Source of the DNA: Nitrospirales bacterium
GTDB lineage: Bacteria > Nitrospirota > Nitrospiria > Nitrospirales > UBA8639
Reading direction: 5' to 3'
Assembly: GCA_965203295.1 (NCBI GenBank)
Contig: CBDBCZ010000019.1
Span: forward strand, 1,856,001-1,920,000
DNA: 64,000 nt
Position 1 is the first letter of the stretch. Each line of letters begins with the position of its first letter. Of this stretch, positions 10,536-20,427 are shown in pieces. Below the pieces are notes generated by a model. That model was not told the DNA's origin and made no database searches. It worked only from the letters and a program-made list of their open reading frames with translations. The translations under genes were made by a program, and so were the position numbers.

Positions 10536-10850
10536 CTAAGCTTTTGCGGAGGGAATGGCTTCAGATTGAGGAGTTCCCGATGGCGTTGTGTCAGACACAG
10601 GGGCCGCCTGCTGAAAAGCCTGACTCGTCGAGGCTGGTTGTTCAGAAGTTTGACCACTATTCATCGGTGAAGGCTTCACCGTAGGCTGCGCCTCAGCCTC
10701 AATGGCATCAGTTTCTTGGACGGATTTTTTAAACCCCTTAATGGCTTTTCCCAACCCTTCCCCAAGTTGTGGAAGCTTTCCTGCTCCGAAAATAATCATG
10801 ACAATGATTAAAATCAGAAGTAACTCAGTAAATCCAAATGTTCCAAACAT
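10536..10850 (-). CDS. tatA: Twin-arginine translocase subunit TatA/E
   Basis: FGFTELLLILIIVMIIFGAGKLPQLGEGLGKAIKGFK; RBS AAGGAG. Confidence 0.95.
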   Translation of the reverse strand: MFGTFGFTELLLILIIVMIIFGAGKLPQLGEGLGKAIKGFKKSVQETDAIEAEAQPTVKPSPMNSGQTSEQPASTSQAFQQAAPVSDTTPSGTPQSEAIPSAKA

Positions 10851-10883
10851 GGCTATATTCTCCTTCTTCTCAGCAACAAGGCC

Positions 10884-11696
10884 TTAGGTCTTGCTGGCTT
10901 CTTTTGATCGCTTGGCGAATCGCTGCTTCAATCTTTGGCGCGTCTCTTCGGCTTGCTCAAACATGCGGCTTTTTTCATAGGTATTAATAAGATTGTAATA
11001 TGCAAGTGGCTCATCGGGGTTATGGTCCACGGCCTCTTCCATCACTTTCACAGCAAGCTCCGGCCTTTTAATATTCAGTGCTATTTTCATTAACTTGAAA
11101 CTGCATTCTAAGTGATGAGGGTCGAATTCCAACACCTTCATATACGCCTGAATAGCCATATCCAGGGTATTGTAATCAGAGACGGCAGGGTTATCGAGTT
11201 GTTCGTACACTTCTGCTAAATTGAACCACGCTATAGGATCTTCTGGAGTGACTTCTATGAGCCGTTCGAAAAAATCCTTCGCCTTCCAATATTCTTTTTT
11301 ATCACTGAAAAGACGACCGAGATTAAACAATGCCAGAACATCATATTTGTTTAATTCCAATGCTCGCTCGAACTGCGGAATGGCATCATCCATCATGCCT
11401 TTCGTGCCATAGATGGTCCCTAAATTGGAATAATGCATGGCCAAGGATCGATCCATCTCGGTCCGCAAACCCTCAGCCATTTCGACAGATTTTTTTACCT
11501 CTGCAAGGGCTTCATCAAGTTGGCCTTTACTAAAATACAACTCACCGAGACGGCAGCGAGCCTGAAAATCATCAGGTTCCTCGCTTAGCAATTTTTCCAA
11601 TTCGGCGATTTCCTCTTCAGGGCTCAGTGGTTGCTCATCAACCCCACTCCCGGAACTACCTTCTTCAAGTCCTTTTTCGAGATTTTGCTCTTCCAT
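10884..11696 (-). CDS. Tetratricopeptide-repeat protein
   Basis: Multiple TPR units (HYSNLGTIY, ALFNLGRLF, AWFNLAEVY, AYYNL). Confidence 0.9.
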   Translation of the reverse strand: MEEQNLEKGLEEGSSGSGVDEQPLSPEEEIAELEKLLSEEPDDFQARCRLGELYFSKGQLDEALAEVKKSVEMAEGLRTEMDRSLAMHYSNLGTIYGTKGMMDDAIPQFERALELNKYDVLALFNLGRLFSDKKEYWKAKDFFERLIEVTPEDPIAWFNLAEVYEQLDNPAVSDYNTLDMAIQAYMKVLEFDPHHLECSFKLMKIALNIKRPELAVKVMEEAVDHNPDEPLAYYNLINTYEKSRMFEQAEETRQRLKQRFAKRSKEASKT

Positions 11697-11711
11697 AGCG
11701 TTTACTCTTTC

Positions 11712-12848
11712 TTACCGTGCTTCACCCAACATCGTAGGCGCTGATGAATATACAAGGTCATTTTCAAGGTCATTTTTAGATTTTACCCTTAATTTTCCGA
11801 AAGTCCCACGTTTATCCATATTTAAAAGCATCAATCCAACCACCACCATCAATGTCAGATGGGAGAGTTGAAGAGCGTATCCAGCCATAAACATGAGTCC
11901 CAATCCATAACCTGCTAATCGACCGATTAGCACCAATTTGATGATGGTATAGGCCCAACAGATCAATCCTGCCATATAAAAGGCGAAGGGCAAGTAAAAT
12001 GTATACCCCATGCCCATTTGAAAAATCCAACCAATGCCTTGGCCGGCTTTTCTCGCCTCTTCCGCCATGTTTTCATCATAGAGTAACAGAAAAAAATCCA
12101 GGAAGAGAAGGACAAAAAAGACCGTCCCTCCACTAGCTAGTAAGGTCATTGCACGACGTTTCTGAGCCTTATTTTTCGTAAAAAATGGGGTACTCCCATA
12201 TGCCCAAAACACCAAGATACTGGCCAACACCATTAATGCCTCTCCGATGCGATTGATTTCGTGAACCAGCGGTGGAGGATTCAAGACTCCGAAATACCCA
12301 TAGCCTGTGGACATCGTCTGATAATAAATCCATCCCCCTATCCCCAGCAGAAAACTGCCCACAGCAACACGCTGACTCACCACATGATGCGACTGCATAA
12401 ATTGAGTGCCAAGGATAACCAACACCGCTAATGAGACCAGATTATACAGAACCGCACCTAACATCGCAGGTGGAAAGACGAGAAACACAACGGTTAGGAG
12501 GACTAAGAGCGACACCGAGGGGACTAACACAGAATCGGGCCACCCAGTCCAGGAGATCTGTTGAATTTTTTGGATCAGTAAAATAAAAATGACGAGGAAG
12601 AGAAGGATGGACGTGACATTTAATAGGACGAACCCTAAGGATGAAAGGGTTTGGAACGTAATTTTGACAAATGCATATTTTTCGGAAATCTTGGACAAAT
12701 GCATGCCAAGACGTGAAACCAAGCGGTACAGGACCAGCTCTAAAAAACCAGCTAAAAGCAAGAACTTGACCGCATATTCAAATAGAAATCCCGCTCCGTC
12801 AGATTGTGAATTGACTTTACTCTCGGCGGGCGTATTGGGAAGACTCAT
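11712..12848 (-). CDS. Polytopic membrane protein of unknown function
   Basis: About 9-10 hydrophobic segments; sits within the operon; start uncertain. Confidence 0.75.
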   Translation of the reverse strand: MSLPNTPAESKVNSQSDGAGFLFEYAVKFLLLAGFLELVLYRLVSRLGMHLSKISEKYAFVKITFQTLSSLGFVLLNVTSILLFLVIFILLIQKIQQISWTGWPDSVLVPSVSLLVLLTVVFLVFPPAMLGAVLYNLVSLAVLVILGTQFMQSHHVVSQRVAVGSFLLGIGGWIYYQTMSTGYGYFGVLNPPPLVHEINRIGEALMVLASILVFWAYGSTPFFTKNKAQKRRAMTLLASGGTVFFVLLFLDFFLLLYDENMAEEARKAGQGIGWIFQMGMGYTFYLPFAFYMAGLICWAYTIIKLVLIGRLAGYGLGLMFMAGYALQLSHLTLMVVVGLMLLNMDKRGTFGKLRVKSKNDLENDLVYSSAPTMLGEAR

Positions 12849-12926
12849 ATGGTTCAAACAACCAATCGAAAATTCAAAGACTAATTCACTTCTAAGCTAA
12901 CGGCTCTTATCTCCATATCCCTGAAA

Positions 12927-14702
12927 CTAGACAGTTGTATGTTCCGGAGCAGCATGCTTCATCTTGTGCCGAGATATATAAAGAAGCCCATCAGCCATTG
13001 AATAGTTAAACGGCAGTTCACAAACAACTTCGCTGACTTTTCCATAGACATATTGATAGAGCTTCTCAGCTTGTTCCGGGGTCATGCCTTCTTGAACCTC
13101 ATAGAAAAACCCTAAACTCAAATCCTCCGAAGCTGGCCTCATAATTCGGTGAACTCCATACCCACTCGGATCACTCATAATTGGGGCTTCTTTTTCTAAA
13201 TCAAAAAGACAGGGCTGGCAGGAAAATCCATAGGAGGAATTGAGCTTGGTATTCTCTACAATGAAATTCATGGTTTCCAAGGCTTCTTCTTCTGTCTCGG
13301 TGGGAAATCCCACGATAATATAACAATGAACCGCAATTCCCAGATCAACACAATCCGAACAAATTCGCTGGACATTCTCCTGAGTAATGCCTTTCTTCAT
13401 GAAATCCATCATGCGCGGATTGTAGGTTTCTAGCCCAAACACAATCTTTTCACATCCAGCATCTCTCATGAGCGTTAACAATTCCCTCGAAAGATTTTTT
13501 TCAAATCGCAGCTCAGCCGTCCACTCAATATCAAAATCCCTTGATGAAATTTCCTTGCAAAGCCGTCTAGTTGGGGACAAGGCTAAGCATTCATCGGTGA
13601 AGAAAAAATAGGGGGTGTGATATTTCTCGGAAAGAAATTGCAACTCATCAACCACTTTGTTGGGATCTTTTTGACGGAAGTTTTGGTGGTCAAGCGTCAA
13701 GGCACAAAATGCGCAATCTTTGTAATAACATCCCCTTGAGAATTGAACCGGTAAAACCGTCCGCGGTGCGAGATATCGATCAAGCGGAAATCCATCATAA
13801 TTCGGTGCGGGATGCTGGGCCAAGTTCTCAGAATAAAACGGTTGATTGACCACAATTTTGCCGTTCTGCCGATAAATGAGATTGGGAACTTTGGAAAAAT
13901 TTCGTTTCCCCTCAAGTTGATTCACTAATTCTAGAAGAGCTGTTTCTCCTTCAAACACAATAAAATCATCAGTTACTTCAAATAGCCGCTCACACCTCCT
14001 CAAGTTATCAACCAACCGTGTAAAAATGCTTCCGCCAATCGTCACATGAATATCCGGAAACGATTCTTTGATCAACCGGCACAGGGTCAGCCCAGGAATA
14101 ATTTGTGAAGTCGCCGTAATGGATATTCCAAGCAAATCCGGAGCATCTTCAACGATGAATTGAAGGAAGTAATTCTGAAAGAGACTAATATAGGGGTTTT
14201 GGCCTTCGTCCTTAATGGCCTTCATAATATCTCGGGACGAATAAATGGAGTAACTTAACTGGTTATCCACCACTGTAAGTCGGGTAGGAAAATAAACAGA
14301 TGAAACGACCTCTAACCATTTATCTATCGTAAAAAGACATTCCTGATACCGTTCGATATCATAAAACTCTTCTCCTCGTAATGAGGCCTTGGCCGGTTCT
14401 ATTTGATCAATAAGCATAGGGAAACGATCTAATGATTCAACAAGCTTAGCATAATGTTCATCGCTATTTGGTCCCGTTTCCCCGTTTCGAGAATGCTCCA
14501 AACTTTTCAACTTCTCCATAAGAAGAGCATACACTTCAATCCCATAAGTCCTGGATAAGACAGTATCAAGCAATTCAATATTGATATCCTTTTGTCTCGT
14601 TGAAGTAATGCCCGCTTGACCTAAAAAAGCTGTCAAACAGGGTAAGCTGAGGTATGGCTGAGAGGGGTGCCAACTAGGTGGAAATAATAAGGAAATCTTC
14701 AC
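12927..14702 (-). CDS. Cobalamin-binding radical SAM protein
   Basis: N-terminal LLFPP...PYLSL, B12-binding-like GISIT...TIGGS...FEGE, and RGCYYKDCAFC (Cx4Cx2C); GTG start with GAGGG RBS. Confidence 0.88.
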   Translation of the reverse strand: MKISLLFPPSWHPSQPYLSLPCLTAFLGQAGITSTRQKDINIELLDTVLSRTYGIEVYALLMEKLKSLEHSRNGETGPNSDEHYAKLVESLDRFPMLIDQIEPAKASLRGEEFYDIERYQECLFTIDKWLEVVSSVYFPTRLTVVDNQLSYSIYSSRDIMKAIKDEGQNPYISLFQNYFLQFIVEDAPDLLGISITATSQIIPGLTLCRLIKESFPDIHVTIGGSIFTRLVDNLRRCERLFEVTDDFIVFEGETALLELVNQLEGKRNFSKVPNLIYRQNGKIVVNQPFYSENLAQHPAPNYDGFPLDRYLAPRTVLPVQFSRGCYYKDCAFCALTLDHQNFRQKDPNKVVDELQFLSEKYHTPYFFFTDECLALSPTRRLCKEISSRDFDIEWTAELRFEKNLSRELLTLMRDAGCEKIVFGLETYNPRMMDFMKKGITQENVQRICSDCVDLGIAVHCYIIVGFPTETEEEALETMNFIVENTKLNSSYGFSCQPCLFDLEKEAPIMSDPSGYGVHRIMRPASEDLSLGFFYEVQEGMTPEQAEKLYQYVYGKVSEVVCELPFNYSMADGLLYISRHKMKHAAPEHTTV

Positions 14703-14963
14703 AACATTCCCTCATACAAATAAATAATAAAATGAACCCTTGAGGCTTTTCTACGATACGGCTATTCTTCTTTATTAAAGTCCAATAGTGATAGATCCAC
14801 ATATCTGGGATACTCCCATCTAACCTCTTTATACACGTGCTTTCCTTTCCTTTGCAACTGATTGTCAGCTATTCCTGTCTTGTGCCATGATCTCTTCTAG
14901 AAGCCAATAAACTATTGCACACATATAACCAGTGAAGGAAAATATCCGATATGGAGGGAAGAC

Positions 14964-15013
14964 AAAAAAACCCACAGCCCAACTTTTCTTTCAAGCTGGA
15001 CTGAGGGTTTTTT
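14964..15013 (-). terminator. Intrinsic terminator after the nxrC-like gene
   Basis: AAAAAAACCCACAGCCCAACTT...AAGCTGGACTGAGGGTTTTTT: imperfect stem with T-tracts on both strands. Confidence 0.7.
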
Positions 15014-15061
15014 ACTCTCTTTAATTTCGTTATAAGGACTAAAGTCGTCCGAACGTCGGGC

Positions 15062-16015
15062 TTACGGCATTTTGGCCGAGAACCAGGTCGAAATGCCCTT
15101 CATCCCATTCCGTTCCACGTTCTGCCCATCCCAGACCGCAAAAGCCACCGGAATCGTCGCCCCGGCCAGGAATTGCACATCATTCGCATCACTCGTTGTC
15201 AGCGCCCGTCGCATCACCACCCGCCAGGTCGGGCCACTGCAGCACCCACCCTTGAGGGCTCCGTACGGCTCCCACAACCCATTCCCCATCACATCTTGCG
15301 AGCCTTGCGTTGTGAGCGTGCTGAACCCATTCGCATTCAAATCCTCGACCGAGCTCTTCCGCAAATTCGGGTCCGACATGATATTGCCTGACCAAATCCC
15401 GGGATTGAAGGGCCCGAGGCTCCGCCCAATCCGATCCGGATAGGTCACACCACTAGCCGGCTCTTCATAATAGAAGTCCCATGCAATCGAGGGATATTGA
15501 TTGTCCACATCCCACATGCCGGCCACGCCAACTCCCATGTCCTTCTGCCATTCCGCGTTCCACCGCCAGATATTCACGGTGCCGCCGGATTGGCCCATAC
15601 ATTGGAACGGAGGGGCGCCCGAGGTTTGCACCGGGAACTGCACGGCGACTTGATCCCGAAAGTCCTGGGGCCCAATGGTGGTATTATTTAAGGTTTGATC
15701 CCCCCAATTGGCCCAGACCCCAATTTCCTTCCCATTGGTGGCCATTTTGACCATCACGGTTTTGACCGAAATATTCGGGTGCATGGGGGTCGTGATCGTT
15801 TGGCCGCTTAAGGGCACGACCACCCCTGGCACGGTTTCCCAGATAGGATTCGCAGCATCCATCGGAATGGCACCGCTAATTTTCCCTACCGGAATCGTCA
15901 CCGGCTGGCTTACAGCCAAGGGCACCTGCCCTACGGTCAACATCACCCCAACAACAAGGGCAGCGAGAAGAATTTCAAACACCAGGCGTTTGTTACGCGT
16001 CTGCACTACTCTCAT
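15062..16015 (-). CDS. EB_dh-family heme-b protein, candidate NXR gamma subunit (NxrC-like)
   Basis: FRDQVAVQFP, FQCMGQ, WRVVMRR, AFAVWDG...RNGMK; signal peptide; directly downstream of the TorD-type chaperone; RBS AAGGAGG; GC-richer than its flanks. Confidence 0.85.
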   Translation of the reverse strand: MRVVQTRNKRLVFEILLAALVVGVMLTVGQVPLAVSQPVTIPVGKISGAIPMDAANPIWETVPGVVVPLSGQTITTPMHPNISVKTVMVKMATNGKEIGVWANWGDQTLNNTTIGPQDFRDQVAVQFPVQTSGAPPFQCMGQSGGTVNIWRWNAEWQKDMGVGVAGMWDVDNQYPSIAWDFYYEEPASGVTYPDRIGRSLGPFNPGIWSGNIMSDPNLRKSSVEDLNANGFSTLTTQGSQDVMGNGLWEPYGALKGGCCSGPTWRVVMRRALTTSDANDVQFLAGATIPVAFAVWDGQNVERNGMKGISTWFSAKMP

Positions 16016-16152
16016 AATGACGCATCCTCCTTTAATAAAAGATTAAATCAAGATGACTGCGGACTGATAATTTACCACACGAAGCATAACTCCATCAATA
16101 TGTTCTATCATCATGTGGGGCTATATTTAGAAAATACCAAATACGCCACAGA

Positions 16153-17124
16153 TTAGGCGTTTCCTGATTGACCTTTTTCCTCCTGTGTTTCTTTATCCAG
16201 ATAAGTTTGGGCTCCAACCTCGTTCATTAATAGATCTAATTCGTTTCCTTTATCTTGGGCTCCACATTCAAAAGACTGTCCTTCCGGGGAAGTGTAAATG
16301 GCTGGCCGATAATCCGTTTCCGAATAGGACTGGGGAGAAACCCCCAAATAAGCCACTTCAAAAGAAACCCATTCTGCGGTTAAATCAGCGATAATCTTGT
16401 AGAGACCAAACCCAGCCTTTTTCCGTAACATTCCAGCAAATAATGGAACCCATCGACCAATATGTTCTTTGACAAACTTTTTTTCGGCCTCCACAACAGT
16501 CTGTAATTTTTCAGTGCTGTCATGACATATGGCATACGACTCTTTATAGGCTAGAAAATGGAGAAACTCCAACTCAACGCTTAAATGATCCAACCGTTCA
16601 TGAATATCTTGAGAAAGTTGAAGTCCAAAGGCCGAATAAAAACCTGCGATGTCTCCCATCACATAGGACTGGCCAAAAACATGATCATTTCCAAAAAGGG
16701 TTTCATAAGGGGGACAATCAAGAGATATGACATTACTAAACACTCTCCGGTGGTCATCCCGAAGATCTTGAATATTCAAATTCATCGCCTCGGAGGATAC
16801 CCACTCCTCAGCGGCATCCAGATGTTTAGTAATACCCTCTAAATGTTCAGAAGCTTCTTCCCCACCCTTTCCTTCCAACGATGTCCTAAGACTCGCAAGG
16901 GCGGCCTTACCATCTTCAACAAATTCACCACTCTGTAAGTAATCAAGAAATTCGTCGTCCTCGGGATAGAGAAAACTCCAGGAAACTAATAAATAAAGCT
17001 TACTCCTAGATAAGGCCCGCTCAACAGCAGGAGAATCCTTTAGCGCAGAAAATCGGCCGCCATTTGCGGCATTGGCAGCCTGATTCACTGGCTGAGCCTG
17101 ACTCCCTTTTGCGCTTGTTGCCAT
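16153..17124 (-). CDS. TorD/DmsD-family molybdoenzyme chaperone
   Basis: CPPYET, ERLDHLSVELEFL, FVKEHIGRWVPLF. Confidence 0.92.
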   Translation of the reverse strand: MATSAKGSQAQPVNQAANAANGGRFSALKDSPAVERALSRSKLYLLVSWSFLYPEDDEFLDYLQSGEFVEDGKAALASLRTSLEGKGGEEASEHLEGITKHLDAAEEWVSSEAMNLNIQDLRDDHRRVFSNVISLDCPPYETLFGNDHVFGQSYVMGDIAGFYSAFGLQLSQDIHERLDHLSVELEFLHFLAYKESYAICHDSTEKLQTVVEAEKKFVKEHIGRWVPLFAGMLRKKAGFGLYKIIADLTAEWVSFEVAYLGVSPQSYSETDYRPAIYTSPEGQSFECGAQDKGNELDLLMNEVGAQTYLDKETQEEKGQSGNA

Positions 17125-17245
17125 ATATTTTAATTATAGAAAATAAAAAACTTTAAAATTAAAAATTTTTCAGGACTCAACCACTCACCCTCATAGACCT
17201 AATGACCTACTATTAGGTTTCTGACCTTATGAAACTGAGGAGCGG

Positions 17246-17274
17246 ATCATAGGCCAACTGGTTAATGAAGTCAA
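17246..17274 (-). promoter_or_regulatory. Sigma70-type promoter for the chaperone/nxrC-like operon
   Basis: Minus strand TTGACT-17 nt-TATGAT. Confidence 0.75.
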
Positions 17275-17364
17275 GCGAAAAATCTGACTCTCCCAAAACC
17301 GTCTCCCTCCACAAACAATTTTCATGACTTTATTCGCAAAACAAAGAAATCCCCAATAAATAAG

Positions 17365-17991
17365 CTAAATATTCAAGTCTCGAGCTGGAATCACCTTGAT
17401 CGCGATTCGATCATTCACCGTTTTACACACATGTTCACAGACCCCACATCCCACACATAATTGCTCATGGACTGAAACGCGAAAAGCAGAAAAATCCATA
17501 TAAATAGCCTCTGTAGGACATTTCGAAACACACGAATTACAGCCTTGTCCAGCTGTACAGTATTGGTGAGAGACTCTGGCGAGCCCCATGGAAACTTCCT
17601 GCGGTTCCTTAAGAGGCAAAAGGGCTTCTGTCTCACAAACATCTATACAAGGAAAATCTTCACATAAGTAACAAGGTTTTTCATCAGAAAAAATGACCGG
17701 GCTTTCATCTTCAACGCTTACCCGAATGGCTCCAAACGGACAGGCTTCCACGCAATCCACACAGGATGTACAACGATCCAAAAATAAGGACTCCTCCACC
17801 GCACCAGGTGGACGGAGCCAGTCCGTTCGGAGTTTAGGCACATCCTTAACCTTTTCCTTGGAGGCATCACGATGCTTGATGTATTCATGGACTGTCACCC
17901 CTAAGGACACCACAGATTGCTTAATAAAATTTCTTCGTCCCAGCGCGTCACCGGATGACTCGGCTTCCGATCTTGGTGGTTTGGAGGACAT
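17365..17991 (-). CDS. NapF/NapG/MauM-like 4x[4Fe-4S] ferredoxin
   Basis: RRNF, LRPPGA, CTSCVDCVEACP, CYLCEDFPCIDVC, CTAGQGCNSCVSKCP, CVGCGVCEHVC. Confidence 0.88.
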   Translation of the reverse strand: MSSKPPRSEAESSGDALGRRNFIKQSVVSLGVTVHEYIKHRDASKEKVKDVPKLRTDWLRPPGAVEESLFLDRCTSCVDCVEACPFGAIRVSVEDESPVIFSDEKPCYLCEDFPCIDVCETEALLPLKEPQEVSMGLARVSHQYCTAGQGCNSCVSKCPTEAIYMDFSAFRVSVHEQLCVGCGVCEHVCKTVNDRIAIKVIPARDLNI

Positions 17992-18081
17992 AGCCGTTAT
18001 TCAGGAGAATAAAGAAAGAGAAGAGGAGCGTTGATGACTTACCACAACGACACTGAAACGCAAAACGGGATTCCACAGATT

Positions 18082-19080
18082 CTAGACAACGCCTGCTGCT
18101 CTCAGCTTGTAGACCTCGACACATCGATCGCAAGCGCCATATTCCACATCCCAACCCGGATGGTTTTCTCGGATATAATCTAAAACATACGTTTCGACTT
18201 TTTCATCTAGATCTTCGACCCAGGAATACGTAGGGAATCGGCAAAGTGGACAGGGAAATCCTGGCATAAGAAGGGGCTTGGTTGGAACATCTGGAACTTC
18301 ACCTTCCTCAATTTCTACAGCACGCTCAATAACGCGTGCGGTATCCGACGCCATCTCGGTTAATTCCGCATGACTTAACTTTTCAGTTTGCCAAAGCCCT
18401 TCAAAAACTGATTCAATCTGACCTGCCGGAATTTTTCGATACCAGGATCGAAACTCACGCAACCGATACTCCCGACTAAACATAGGCTCTTTTCCAGCCA
18501 GCACCAAGCGACTATCGACATGCTGACACCACAATACACGATACCGGTTCACAATGAGATGTTCTTCTCCGGGATTGAATCCTACTTTCGTATCAGGGTC
18601 ATACCCAAACGCCTCATCAAGCATATCCTCGATGTGTGTGAGTTCATGGCGGAAATAGCGGCTCAAAGCCGGATCATAGAAACGACGGGGAACGAGTTTG
18701 ATTCCAATTCCTTTAAGGCCTTCTTCTTCAAATTTTCTGGCCAGCTTCTCCTCAACAGCTCCCCACTTTCGAAGAATATCCACACCCTCCTGGTCTTCTT
18801 TGAGCACCCCACGCACCAAGACAATGCCAATCTTTGCTTTAACTTCGGGAAATTCATTGAATGCATCCTGTATAATGTCAGCAAATCCCCATTTGGCAAA
18901 CAATTGCTGATACAGCCTTTTAAATTCTGATTCGCGATCATCTAAGGAAAACTTCTCATAAATAGGATCAGCGAATTCGTGGAATTCGTTGTAGTACGTG
19001 GGATCCCCTTCCCGCTCAGTTTTTTCAGCAAAGGAGTCGATCACTTCTTGAAGGAGGGCTGGTTGAAATCGAATTTCCAT
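18082..19080 (-). CDS. Hypothetical protein with an HExxH motif and C-terminal CxxC...CxxC
   Basis: 332-aa ORF; RHELTH, CPLC, CDRC. Confidence 0.75.
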   Translation of the reverse strand: MEIRFQPALLQEVIDSFAEKTEREGDPTYYNEFHEFADPIYEKFSLDDRESEFKRLYQQLFAKWGFADIIQDAFNEFPEVKAKIGIVLVRGVLKEDQEGVDILRKWGAVEEKLARKFEEEGLKGIGIKLVPRRFYDPALSRYFRHELTHIEDMLDEAFGYDPDTKVGFNPGEEHLIVNRYRVLWCQHVDSRLVLAGKEPMFSREYRLREFRSWYRKIPAGQIESVFEGLWQTEKLSHAELTEMASDTARVIERAVEIEEGEVPDVPTKPLLMPGFPCPLCRFPTYSWVEDLDEKVETYVLDYIRENHPGWDVEYGACDRCVEVYKLRAAGVV

Positions 19081-19188
19081 TTTCTCTAGTTCCCTTAAAT
19101 TCCGGTAAACGGCCTCACCAATTTGATGGCCTATATGTGAACATTATATTAGCAAGAAATCCCTAGGTTAGTAATGCAGCCTCTCGGC

Positions 19189-19218
19189 TTGACTCCTCAT
19201 GAAATAGGTCGCTAGTAT
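19189..19218 (+). promoter_or_regulatory. Possible sigma70 promoter of the WD40 gene
   Basis: TTGACT-18 nt-TAGTAT. Confidence 0.5.
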
Positions 19219-19317
19219 CACCAGAAAAGGTAAAAACTATTATAGTGACTCCCTGTTCGCCTTGGCAAGGAGTCGGGAAACAAAAGGCAGACTCTCCGTT
19301 AATTTGAAAGGAAAATC

Positions 19318-20427
19318 ATGGATCCAGCCGTCACTCCATTCGTTCATTTGGACCCTTCCCTTGGGTCTCCAGATCAAAAACAAACCCATCCTCCCATAGA
19401 CACGCTTCAGTATTGGAAAGGCGGTGCGGAAGAAGTAAGGACGTTTATGGGCCATTCTCATGGAATATGGAGTGTGGCATATTCCCCTGACAGGTTAACA
19501 CTCGCCACTGGTGGAGCGGACCGATATCTGAGGATTTGGGACATTGAGACAGGCCGTTTGCTGAAATCACTTCGGGGCCATACCAGAGATATTCGTCAGG
19601 TTGCTTATAGCCCAGATGGAGAACTCTTAGCTTCGGGTAGCGACGACCGGACCATTCGACTTTGGAACCCTTCGACCGGGGAGACCATACGGCTTCTTTT
19701 TACCCGATACGATCATTCCGTGTGTAGCCTGTCCTTTTCTCCTGACGGATTAATGCTCGCCCGCGCCGGCCAAAATAAGGATATCAAGATTTGGGAAGTG
19801 ACAACCGGAACAGAACTCATGACCCTATTGGGAAAAGATCAATATGATCACCACTGGTCTGTATGCAATGCTTTCTCACCGGATGGCATCCACTTAGTTG
19901 CAGGAAGTGATATTGGGAAATTAAAACTTTACGAAGTCATTCCAAGTGGAGAGGAAAAGATGGTCCATCAGGGTCACTGGCGTGATGACCAGGATGATGA
20001 AGAATCAGAAGTACGGGGGTATTTTGTGGATGACCACGGAGGATTTCAAAAACCCATGGAATATTGGATCGGGGCGATCACCTTCACCCCCGATGGAAAA
20101 ACCCTCATTACCGCAAGCCGTGACGCCACCATCAAGTATTTTGAAATGCCAGAAATGAAGGAATTCCGTACTTTGAAGGGCCATTCTGAATGGATTCGTG
20201 GTTTAATTGTCTCTCACGACGGGAAAATTCTTGTCAGTGCGAGTGACGACCACACGATCAAAATGTGGGACCTTCAGACCGGACGACAATTCCGTACGCT
20301 TAAAGGGCATAAGGGACCTGTTCGGGGAATTGCCTTTTCGCCTGATGGACGTTTTCTGGCCAGTGCATCCTGGGATCGGACCGTTAAACTCTGGAAGGGA
20401 GACGAAAGCCAAATTCAACCGTCTTAA
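19318..20427 (+). CDS. WD40-repeat protein
   Basis: About seven GH...SPDG...ASxSxDxTIxLW repeats with one acidic insertion. Confidence 0.93.
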   Translation: MDPAVTPFVHLDPSLGSPDQKQTHPPIDTLQYWKGGAEEVRTFMGHSHGIWSVAYSPDRLTLATGGADRYLRIWDIETGRLLKSLRGHTRDIRQVAYSPDGELLASGSDDRTIRLWNPSTGETIRLLFTRYDHSVCSLSFSPDGLMLARAGQNKDIKIWEVTTGTELMTLLGKDQYDHHWSVCNAFSPDGIHLVAGSDIGKLKLYEVIPSGEEKMVHQGHWRDDQDDEESEVRGYFVDDHGGFQKPMEYWIGAITFTPDGKTLITASRDATIKYFEMPEMKEFRTLKGHSEWIRGLIVSHDGKILVSASDDHTIKMWDLQTGRQFRTLKGHKGPVRGIAFSPDGRFLASASWDRTVKLWKGDESQIQPS

